The notes beneath the pieces are model-generated. The model did no database searches. It worked only from the letters and a program-made list of their open reading frames with translations, and had not been told where the DNA came from. 64,000 nt of DNA from Octopus sinensis (lineage: Eukaryota). Shown one piece after another: positions 53,300-64,000 of the stretch. The translations under genes and the position numbers were made by a program. Position 1 is the stretch's first letter, and the number at the start of each line of letters is the position of its first letter. The stretch covers positions 77,934,001-77,998,000 of the forward strand of contig NC_042998.1 of NCBI RefSeq assembly GCF_006345805.1, given 5' to 3'.

Positions 53300-53665
53300 G
53301 GCAGTTATTTTCATCCCTTTATACCAGGACCGACCATGCAAGCACGGCTCCTTGCATTCTCATCTTTCTTACTACTTCCGTCCATCTTTTTCCAAATACT
53401 CTTTGCGGCAGCCTCCTCCTCTCCAGACAGATCTTGCTGGAAAGATGTGCGGCGAAGTAATTCACCAGTCTGCGTCCGGAGACGAATTGGCCTGTCGCGA
53501 TCCCTTTCACTCGCGTCTTCCATACCATGCCTTTCAATGGGGTTACTACGCAGAAAAATACAGCCTTCTTTTTTTTTTTTGGTGACAGAGGAAGGTGGTA
53601 CAATCTTTATCATGGACTCAGACGAGAGCCGTACTCTTTCCGCATCCGACATAGCTGTTAGGCAA
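53300..53665 (-). mobile_element. Tx1-like LINE ORF2 C-terminal fragment
   Basis: RVRLSSESMIKIVPPSS..KAVFFCVV..MVWKTRVKGIATG is homologous to RIRLSPESIVSIALPPSF..KAVFLYLV..VVWRTRLKGIKTG at 57733. Confidence 0.85.
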
Positions 53666-53689
53666 AGACTATCAACTCCCTCACCTCCC

Positions 53690-55810
53690 TGTTGTCAAGT
53701 CACAACAGGGACCTCAGACAGACAGTACTTTAGGCAATATGCGTACAGTTCCAAGTAATGCCGACTTTTGCAATGCATCTAGTTTGTAGGTTATTTCTAA
53801 AGTTTCCAGATTTGTTTTTCAGATTGGGTGGTATTGAAACCAATGCTCCGATGACAATAGGGATAACCTTTATGTTCCACACTCGTAGCTGCCACATTTT
53901 AGTGATTAATTCTCAGGTCTCCATATTTATCAAATTTTCTCTTTCTTATGCGATATGTTGATCTCCTGGCACTGCTACGTCGATAATTAGACACTCCCTC
54001 CTAAATATTACTCTATCCGGCCTTCAGTGCTTTAACTCTTTGTCTGTCTGGAAATCAAATAGCCAGAGGATTTTTGCCTTCTACTTTTCGTCCATTACCA
54101 TTTCCGGTGTATGTTGGTACCAAGCACTCATAACCTCATATCCATACTTCCGGCCTAGTAGCCAGTGGATGTTTTGGGCTACTTTGTCGTGTCTACGCTG
54201 GTACTCTTTCTGTGCAAAACTTTCACAAGCACTAACAATGTGAGTCATACTTTCGACCCTCTTCCCACACATTCTGCAGAGGTCCGATGCACTTGTGTGG
54301 TATATATTCTTTTTTCACTGAATTGGTATTAAATATTTGGTCCTGAGCCGTGATAATGTTTCCTGGTCTTTTTAATTTTGGGGTTTCACGGTGGAACTGA
54401 CCACGTAATTCCATACGGAGTAGGGTTTCTTCTCTCTCTTTGGCTGTTCTTGTTTGAAATTCACGAGCACTCTCAAGTTCAGTTTTGTAATCTCCTTCTG
54501 CACAAGCAGCTTACTGTAGTAGGTCTTCTTTGCTGTTTACCAAATAATCTACCATATTCCTTCTTTCACTGTTGATGCACTCCTGTACGCTAATCAACCC
54601 ACGTCTACCCTTATCTCTCTTCATGTAGAGCCTGTGTACATTCGCCTTAGGGTGGAAGGCGCCATGCATTGTCATTGTCTTTCGGATAGTGCGATCGAGT
54701 TGGTCAATCTCCGGTTGCGTCCATCTCAAGTGCACTATAGCGGACTACAGCAACTGCCCATATGTTGATGGCAGTCACAAGGTTCCTTTAGTTGGGCTTC
54801 GATTTCAAGAGAAGTTTGAAGCGCTTGAAATATAGGGTAGTGACCTTGTCTTTCATTTCTCTGTGCAAGATATTTTGCAGCTCCAGGATCCCAAGGTACT
54901 TGTACCAATCATCATTTGGGTCGTCAAATCCCTCTCCGCTTGGCAATTCTATGCTCCTACAGTTTCCATCTCCCCGCTTCAAATTAAGCTCTACACACTT
55001 CGAGATACCGAATTTCATCCCTACATCCTTACTGCACAGTCTCAACCAGCCTCTCCAATTCAGGTTCTGTTTTGCGAACAGTTTTAAATCACCCATGAAG
55101 AGAAGGTGGTTGAGACGAGGTCCGTTCTTTCTCAACTCATAGTGCATGTTGATTTTACGTAGCACAACAGAAAGTGGGATCAAGGCTATAACAAATAACA
55201 GAGATGAACACGAGCGTTCTTTGAAGATACCTCTTTTGATTGTTACTTCGGCTAAGTGCTGGTTATTACAGGAAAGACGAGTTTTCCAACTATGCATTCT
55301 GTTCTTAATCAGTGCACTCAAATTCTCAGCTGTTCCCACACATATCGAGTGTTTCCAAAATTCACGAATGTGGCAACCAGCATGTCATAAACATTTTTGA
55401 AGTCTATCAAGGCCATGCATAAGTTTTTTTAGTACAGTTTACGGTTTTTCATTATAGTCTTGTCTATCACAAGGTGGTCCTTGGTACTCTTGGATCCTTT
55501 TCGGCATTCCTTTTCTTCTACTGGCAGAAGATTGTTTTCCACAAGGAACGTATATATTTTCCCTGCAAGCGTGCCTGTTAATACTTTACATAAAAGATGA
55601 AGACAAGCAATGGGTCGGTAATTGCTAACCTCATTGCCATTTGACGGATCTTTCATTAAAAATGTTGTTCTTCCCTCTACCATCCACTCCGGAACTGTAC
55701 CACTCTGTAGGCAATTGTCTAATTGCAACGCAATTCTCTTGACACAATAGCCTTGAATTCCATCTGGTCCTGCTGCTTTCCAGTTTGGCAGTTTTTATAT
55801 CAGCGCAAGG
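53690..55810 (-). mobile_element. R4/Dong-clade LINE (RT, CCHC, RLE), 5'-truncated and degenerate
   Basis: PNWKAAGPDGI; NYRPIACL; RGIF..SLLFVIAL; HLLFMGDLKLFA (YxDD-type motif); YKYLGILE; CRMCGK..HIVSAC..RHDKVA; LGTVRILPKVL*. Confidence 0.93.
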
Positions 55811-55819
55811 ATATCTTCC

Positions 55820-58310
55820 GTTGTTATGTGCACATGGTCCTGTCGTGGAGCCTCCGGGTGATGGAGTTTAGATCTCACGGAATGAATCCACTCAGCTCCG
55901 GGACGGTGGTGGATTTCATCTCTTTCCTCAATGGCATGCTGCGCCTCTTAGCTAAGAATGCGCAGTACTGTGAAATGCTGATATCAGCTGAAGATGTACG
56001 GGACGCGATGAAGTCCTGCGCAAGAGAGAAGCCTCCTAGGCGGGATGGACTGCTCTTCGAGCTTTATTTTCATATGTCAGTGCTCTAGTTGCTTTATTTT
56101 CATAAGTCGGTGATCTCTTGGCAGACTTCTACCACAACTGGCAGCAGAACGGGAGAATTCGCAGTGCTGTAAGCTGTGGAGTGCGGTGCTGTTGAGGAAG
56201 GACACGAACAAAGTGGACAAACATAATGATTTTAGGCCTATAAATCTACTGAAGACAAATTATAATATTTTGGCCAAAGTGTTGTCCAAGATGTTGGTGC
56301 TTATCGTCGACAAGTTTGTTGCTAATGCGCAGACATGCGCAATCGCAAACAGAACTATCCACGACAACCTCCACCTCACGCGCTAGATTATAGAGAGGGC
56401 GATTAAAGGACTGTCATCAATTTGTATCAATCGAAAGCTTTTGACAGGGCCAATCACCGATACTTGGAAGCTGTTCTAGCGGTAGCGGCTTTTGGTCCCG
56501 CTATTAGAGGCTGGACCGCTGAAATGTACCGCGACATCTCTTCGATGGTCAAAGTAAATGAGCACCATCGCTTGTTCGGTCAGTCAGGGTTGCCCACTCT
56601 CACCTCTTCTGTACGTACTGGCTCTGGAGACATAGCTGCAGAGCAGGATGTTTCGAAGGGCAGCCCGCGTGATCTAGGATGTAGACGGTTCGTGTCGGCT
56701 TACACGGACGACGTCATCGTAATAATATCGGACATCTCGGAAATCGAGGTGGTCGGCACTGCTCTAAGTACGAACCAGTGACAGTAGCAAAGATCAAACA
56801 GGAGAAGTCAGTGGACCTGCAGCTCGGAACCTGGAGAGGCAGGTCCATGCAAAAAGACAGTGTTGTAGGGCCCTGGACGGAAGGGCCGGTAAAACGTCTC
56901 GGGGTCTGGTTTGGTCCAGATCTCCAGGTGGACAAGAACTAAGGGGAAATGACGATCATGGTAGACAATCTAACACAGAAATTAACAGAGAGGAAGCTGT
57001 CCCTGAAGATTCGGGTGGAGTTAGCGAATGCGTACATCACTTCCCTCATCTAGCTCCACTTTGTCTCTAGCTCCGATTTGTGCCCGATGAATTTGGAGCC
57101 CTTCTGCTTTCTATGGAAGGGGCGTGTCCAGCTCGTCAACAGCTGCTGAGTGGAGGACTGGCATGTTGTGGCTAATGATACGCTAACATACGCTGAGGCT
57201 GCGACATATCCACCAGGTGTGGTCGTTGTTTGTGAATGTATAAATATTGATGTGGTGAATGTATAAATACCTTGTATCCTTGGTGGAGCTACAATCCTAG
57301 GTCAAGCGTATACCAAGAAAAGTGCTTGGCACCTAGAGTGTCGGCAAATGCTAACGGCCGTCTGCTAGATCGGTGGAAGTTCCATGTGGTCGGTGGAAGT
57401 TCCACGCAGTCGGTGGAAGTTCCACTATGGAGTTCTGTGGAGGATTAGTGGAAGAAATGAGCGACGAAGTACTTGGGAAAACTCTGGGCGTCGAGAGGGA
57501 TCAACTAACTGGCCATTTCCGGAGGACTTTCTGGGCAAGGCCTATGGATAACATCCAGAAATCCCTGGCCTGGCAGTGCTACCTGGCAGATCTCCCAGTT
57601 GGGAAAATCTCTACAGACATGGAAGTACTGCTAGACGGACTTGCCCGAGGCGTGTAGGGCGACGAAAGCGTCCTTCATGCACTCGTCCAGTCTCCGTACA
57701 ATACTGACCCGTGAAGCTTTGTTGAACAACTGTTGTCACGTGTAAGACGGATCCGATTATCACCCGAGTCCATTGTGAGCATCGCCCTGCCGCCTTCTTT
57801 TCGCCGGGAGGGAAAGGCAGTTTTCCTCTACCTGGTAGCTATAGCGAAAGAGGTAGTGTGGCGGACGAGGCTGAAAGGAATAAAGACAGGCACATTCCTC
57901 TTCTGCCGAGCCCGCATCGAATTTTTTCAAGTTCCACTTGAAAAGGAAAGTGAGGGTAGAGAGAGAAGTACTGCCCCCTAATAATTATGTTGAAAAGTAG
58001 GCGAAAATGACTCGTGTGAATGGGTCTACTCTGAATATCCGTCTGTAAACCGGAGCAGTTGAGAGGAAGAAGGGTGCCTACATGGCGTGCCCTTGCCAGT
58101 CGGGGTGTCCAGGAGGTGTGGAGTGCACTGGTTGGCCCTGGGTGGAACTCCCCACTCAATTGGGAAACTTTGTTGTTTAAAGTTTTGTTAAGTGGTTTTG
58201 TTTTTATTGTTTATACATTTTTCTGTTTTTAAACCCCACTTGTCCCTTTGTTTCGTATTGTCCCTATTTGCTTTATTTTTCTGTTCGCCCCTTGTGGCCA
58301 CTAAAGAAAG
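55820..58310 (+). mobile_element. Tx1/L1-clade LINE (RT to 3' UTR), 5'-truncated and degenerate
   Basis: KPPRRDGL; FRPINLLKTNYNILAKVL; RTIHDNL; QSKAFDR; SQGCPLSPLLYVLALE; SAYTDDV; C-terminal zinc-motif remnant; T-rich 3' UTR ending ccttgtggccactaaagaaag, followed by (ATT)n. Confidence 0.93.
57370..57424 (+). repeat. Three-copy 20-bp-period minisatellite inside the LINE
   Basis: tcggtggaagttcca occurs three times with 5-nt variable linkers. Confidence 0.9.
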
Positions 58311-58321
58311 GATTATTATTA

Positions 58322-58374
<53 letters not shown>

Positions 58375-58379
<5 letters not shown>

Positions 58380-58515
58380 TGAGTTCAAGTTTGGCTGAAG
58401 TTGAATTTGCCTTTCGTCCTTTCGGGACTGATGAAATAAGTACCAGTTGTGCACCGGAGTTGATGTAAATTATTCTCTGAAATTATTGGCCTTTTGCCAA
58501 AATTTGAAACCATTA
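58375..58515 (+). mobile_element. SINE family B fragment
   Basis: ttctgagttcaa..tttgcctttc.tcctttcggg..gccaaaatttgaaaccatt. Confidence 0.85.
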
Positions 58516-59199
58516 TTACCATTGTTGTTATGATTGTAATTCTTGTTGTAGTTGTTTTAGCAATTCTCCGTCGCGGCAAATCAAATAAAATCAATACTTC
58601 ATAACATTTCCACGAATGTTTTAACGATTTCTTCCATTTGTGTCTTATATATTTTGCTCTTTGCTTCTGTTTGATAGCTTTTTCATGGAATGTAGGCGAG
58701 TTTCTTAATTAATTTCCTTAGAAAAACTATTGCAGAAATGTTTAGTATCTGCTAATGAATGATTTCTGGTTAGTAGGATGGTCAAAGAGAATGAAAATAC
58801 AAAATAGTACGTATGTCCGCCACTATAAGCTTCCTGTTACGTCAGATTCACTCTTCCATGCAAGCTTGACAACATTAACAGGAAAACATCAGCCAGATCG
58901 ATATCCGTCTAAATATAATTACAAAACAGAAGACTTTCAGCAACAGTACAAAATACAGTTAATATATCAACAATCGGCTACAACTTTCCCAGTTATTACG
59001 TCCTCCGAAATACTCAATAATATATCGGAGACAGGTCTTAATAGATATTGTTATCCATTAAGCAATATATATAGATATCTTTCCCTGGAAACTGAAAATA
59101 AAATCTTACACATTCATGTCAGACCTAGCCTGGAACCTGGGTGACAAATCATTCGCAATAATTCTTAAGATGTTATATTAAAAAGTAAGTTAATATCAG

Positions 59200-59770
59200 T
59201 TTAAAATTTTGGCACAAGGCCCATAATTTCGGGGGTGGGAATAGGTCAATCGCATCAGTCCAAGTGTTCATCTGCTACTTATTTTATCAACATTTATACA
59301 TTCATCACATCAAATCAATTACAATAGTATCACTGTAAATTTGCATCTCATATTTTGTTCGTTGGCTCCAGAGTAGTTCAACTAAACACACCCATCAACA
59401 AATGTATTTCTGGCATTACCTTCCGTGTTCCTCTCTACCAATGGTTTATTTAGAACTATATCCGCTTTACGGCTGAAGAAACAGGTCTGACAGAGATTCG
59501 GTTGATAATGTAGTGTTCGCTCTTTTATGCGTTGTAGATTTCGTTTTCCATTTGTGTAATTATAGTTTATTCGTATTCAATAATACTGGCTTTATATTTG
59601 AACACAAATCCAGTAGTTTTTGATAGTATGGGAAGTCGACTGCATTAATCATAACACTTGAATAGTACTTATTTAATCGACCACAAAAGGAGGAAAAGCA
59701 AAGTCAATCTCAGCGGATTTTGAACTTAGAACGTAAAAACGTAAGAAAAGCCACCAGGCATTTTGTCCGG
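59200..59770 (-). mobile_element. Two SINE family B fragments (59200-59290, 59590-59770)
   Basis: aattttggcacaaggc and gcaaagtcaatctcagcggattttgaacttagaacg motifs. Confidence 0.75.
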
Positions 59771-59771
59771 A

Positions 59772-59820
59772 GTGGTGGTGGTGGTAGTGGTGGTGGTGGT
59801 GGTGGTGGTGGTGGTGGTGT

Positions 59821-59858
<38 letters not shown>

Positions 59859-59898
59859 GTGATAGTGGTGGTGGTGATGGTGATGATGATGATGATGA

Positions 59899-59957
<59 letters not shown>
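59772..59957. repeat. (GGT)n/(GAT)n compound microsatellite
   Basis: Directly visible; explains the poly-H/S/P/G/D ORFs. Confidence 0.97.
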
Positions 59958-59958
<1 letters not shown>

Positions 59959-60313
59959 AAAGATTTCATTTATTTGCAACCAGTCGAATGATGAGGGTAG
60001 ACAATACAGAGACAGACATCAAGTGTTGGGGTTTACATATAATGAAATGACAAAATAACTTTCAAAACAACGTTACCATACACGGTGCGCAATGAAAAGA
60101 AAGGGGTATATAAGTAGTATACAAAGGTTGAAAAGAAGGTGAAGGAGAGGATAATGGACTCCCATTTCTCTCTCTCCTTTTTCTCTCTTTCTTTCCCTCT
60201 ATCTCCCCTCCTTCCTTGTCTGTACCTATTCTCTTTCCTCCTAAATTTGTAGGCGATTTTACCACAGTCCAACCACAGACAAACAAACACTCACACACAC
60301 ACACAAACACACA

Positions 60314-60404
<91 letters not shown>

Positions 60405-61024
60405 CACACAAGATTATGTGGATGCAGGACTTAGCAATGGTGTAAATAACATGAAATACGTGAACAAACGAGTTATATAGGTAAACAACGAGAAAAAATG
60501 GAAAACAGGACACGCAAACACAGAGAAAGCACCCTTCATCAGTCGTCGGCTGTCCGTCTACTCCTCATTTCGAGCATTCTGTATGTATGTATGTATGTAT
60601 GTATGTATAGTACTATTTCCATCAGTTGCTCGTATTTTGATATTTGAAAATGTATTTCCTGTTATTTTTACGCAAGACCTGAAACGAACGTTTCAAACGC
60701 TTTCACAATATCCTTATTTGGTTTGACTTCATTAGCGCAAATAAAATGGCTCGATGCAAGAATATATTAGGCTGTCCAGACTCCATTTACGCGGATTCTC
60801 TAACAAGGACTGTGAGTAGTTGGTTGTATTTAGCTCTAATTGAAAATTCTGGTACTGTACAATGCTTGCAAGCAAAACACGACATACATACATACATGCA
60901 TACATATATATATATATTCCCTTCGTTAGTCGACGTATGATGGTTCGACAATTTCTTACCAAACACTCACACAGCTAATTTGTTTATAGTGATCAAAATG
61001 TTTGTGTAGACTTAAGTTCACTCC

Positions 61025-61205
61025 CTCCATCAAATCGACATTACTTGTACTGGTGCAACAGGCGCCAAAGGTCATATGTCAAAATGGTCGCAGAGCAACT
61101 TCAAATAAAGTGCTTTGCTCAAAAACACAACGCATCGCCTGGTCTGTGAGTTGAACCCATGATCTCGCAATCGTGAGTGCAACACTCTAACCACTAAACC
61201 ATGTT
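61025..61205 (-). mobile_element. SINE family C
   Basis: Minus-strand head catggtttagtggttagagtgttgcactc..ggttcaactc (A/B boxes); homologous to 10520-10702. Confidence 0.8.
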
Positions 61206-62029
61206 TCTTAACATTTATATATATATGCTCATATAAATAAATAATATATAAATGTACATAGGCAGGCGGACGGACAGAGATAGACAGACAAAAAAGAGAC
61301 AGTGACAGAAAGAGAGGGGTGAGGGATGAGTTGTACGTGTGCGCGCCCGTGTGTATGTGTAAGTACGTGTATGTATGTGTGTATGTACGTGTGTGTGTGT
61401 GTGTGTGTGTGTTTGCGTGCGATCTCCTGCACGGACACCACGATGCAATAACAATTAACAGTACACGTGTTAATAGCCTTGTAAAGAGTAGAATCAATTA
61501 TTTCTTTCGCAGGCAATGCTCAGCATGAATTTGAAATGTCCAATTTCAAATAAGATACGCTGTATTTAGTTTTGCAACATTTTGAAGTGCACTTAAAATG
61601 AGCATAAAACATCACAGTTTTGCATGCAAAGGAATGATGTTAACAAAAATTAATTAAACACTCTCTACGAAGGAGGAACGTCTCTGTCTCCAGGAACAGC
61701 TCTTTCTGAAATACACTCACATAAACAAAATCACAGGCAAATGCAGACGCGAGCGCACGCACACACACCACATGCACACGCATACACACACACACTCTAT
61801 CTCTCTCACACAAACAACATATGTCTATATTTACAGCTATTATTGACATAGATACAAACTCAGTGTCTGGACCAAACTGTCGCAAAAACGTTGAAAAACA
61901 GCCTCGCGAAACCTTTAAAGATACTACTTCAAAAGGCACTAGAATACTGGTATATTCCCAGAACTACTGACAGTAACAATTATGCACACGGGAGGCAGCA
62001 GAACTGAAGCTAAAAACTTCAGACCCGTT

Positions 62030-63170
62030 TTTCTCATATCTCACACATCTAAAATTATCGAATGCATTGTCCAAAAGAGAATAATTACATACTTGAAGAA
62101 AACAGTCTCTTAAATGACACACAGCATGGTTTTTGGACTGAACGAAGTTGTCTGTCACAACTTTTACAGTACTATGACACTATTCTCAATAATCTCGTAA
62201 GAGGAAATGACACTGACTGCGTATACCTTAATTTTGCTAAGGCGGTTGACAATATTCATTTCTACACTAGGCACTGTTAAGTCACCTGTAATAAATGGTG
62301 TACCACGGGGAACGGTTCTGAGATCATTATTATTTATATATCAACGCCCTATAAGATAGAAGGTCACAAGTGCACTCGGCCGCGTTAATGAGTTGCACCG
62401 TTGACACAAAAGTTTCGATGGTTATTCGAGCTCCAGAAGATACCGTGACACTCCAAAATGAGCTAAACCTCATTTAATAATGGGCAGATTAAACCAATAT
62501 GAAATTTAATACGTCAAATTTTCTGGTCCTTCATTTCGGAGGGAATACATACAATTCACAATATTTGACACCTGAAAACGCAATGGTTCAGAGCGCTAAT
62601 GATATACGAGACTTAGCAGTAATCCTGTCGCATGATACATCTTTCACCAGTGACATCACCACACTGGCCTCTAAATGTAGACATCGGATAGCATGGCTCT
62701 TATAACCTTTGTAACAAATGAGACGGTAGTTATGCTAACTCTATGGAAAGCCCTAGTTCTGAGCAGATTAGATTACTGCACTCAACTTTGGACTCACAAC
62801 TGATCCGGTCTTATAGGAGAAATTAAAAGCCTTAATTACTAAGAATGCCCAAAAGCTCTGCGTCTCTGTTCTCTTGAACGCATGGAAAATCCCGGATAGG
62901 GATGTTCTAAACTTCGCCGTTAGAGAGAACTTTAATGGACGAACTGGTTGATACTGTCAGCTTCAAAGTACACCACCTTCGAAATCGCGACAAAAAACAT
63001 TCTGTTGTACCGGTCTGATAGTTAGAGGTCTCCAACACATACCCTGTAATGTAACTGACATAAAGAAGCTGTAAAGAATTCATTTGAATGGTTTTTAACT
63101 ATAATTGATAGGTAAAACTTTGTCACTCACTGTATCATGCTGGATCTCTTTGAGAATTATGAGCGCTCGA
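62030..63170 (+). mobile_element. CR1-type LINE RT fragment
   Basis: QHGFWTERSCLSQLL; VYLNFAKAVD; NGVPRGTVL..LLFI; VDTK (YADDTK remnant); MKFN..F.VLHFG; DLAVIL; LWKALVLSRLDYCTQLW. Confidence 0.9.
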
Positions 63171-64000
63171 GTCTACGGATTACTCAACCACTTACACTTC
63201 AATTCAGGAACTGTTAATAAGCTGATTGAACATCATAATGTTCATCATCAAAACCGACGGGGAACCAAACAATTCCATGCTTGTATCTTTACGTATATAG
63301 GTAGGTATATTTGTACGTGTATCTGAACTATATATTGCCTAAATAGTGTAAAAGAAACGTCCGTCCTATGATCATTTATTCAACTCATGTCTGTTCTGAA
63401 AAAAAAATCACGATATCTTAAGTCTGAAACTTTTCTTTCTACCTTGACATTTTGTAAAGATATAAATATCTGAAATAATTTATTTTAAATTTCATATTGT
63501 ACCTACAACTGTCTGGACGTGATTTATTAGCCACACGTCAACTATTGAAATGTCTGATATCTATCTCTGCACAGGCTTTTGTTACAATGATCTATTTTAC
63601 AAAACCTAGCCAACACATATATGCACTTTACAAATTAAGAACCATATTTTTTACAGGATTTACTGGAATAAGTTTTTTATAAAATATGTACAATTTGAAA
63701 AGAATAATACAGAGACATACACAATAAAGCTCTCATGAAAGGAAGTCAACTAGATCGTGATCAGCATTCATACATGTTGCACACAACAGTAGATATATAA
63801 CAAATAAAGCCACAATACAGGTTTGGCATTCAGTTTGAATATATAAAAAATGGCGCTTTGTTCAGTCTATATATATATATATATAGATATATATATTCAA
63901 ATAAACATACGCACACATATACACATACTTGTATTTGTGTGTGTGCAATGATACATGACACACACAACACATGTAGTAGAGGGCGTATACATATTTCGAG

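Noticed and set aside
57370-57424. CRISPR-like repeat-spacer look
   Set aside because: 15-bp repeats with 5-nt linkers inside a eukaryotic LINE; no cas genes.
58755-59144. 129-aa non-repetitive ORF
   Set aside because: No recognisable domain or splice context; an ORF of this length can occur by chance.
60690-60740. Minus-strand CTAATGA...GAAA pair
   Set aside because: Stems II and I do not form.

Overview
AT-rich, microsatellite-dense eukaryotic non-coding DNA. It most likely comes from an octopus/coleoid cephalopod genome; this is inferred from the SINE families, which resemble octopus tRNA-derived SINEs as I recall them. I can support no intact host protein-coding gene, and most ORFs in the track are microsatellite translations. 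The window is a graveyard of mobile DNA: three Tc1/mariner remnants, Tigger-like and other MITEs, and one intact-ended non-autonomous Helitron. It also holds about 25 SINE copies or fragments of at least three families, and decayed LINEs of the R4/Dong, Tx1/L1 and CR1 types. Three signals stand out. (i) Several small elements next to (TA)n tracts carry type I hammerhead-ribozyme cores (1166-1245 -, 36010-36084 +, 40511-40547 +, 29120-29161 -, possibly 18549-18629 +), some with unusually long stem II and some inside inverted repeats. (ii) There is a near-perfect 213-bp palindrome at 49983-50195. (iii) Tx1-like LINE 3' ends repeatedly sit inside (GATA)n arrays, suggesting a microsatellite-targeting family. 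All assignments were made by eye, without database searches.
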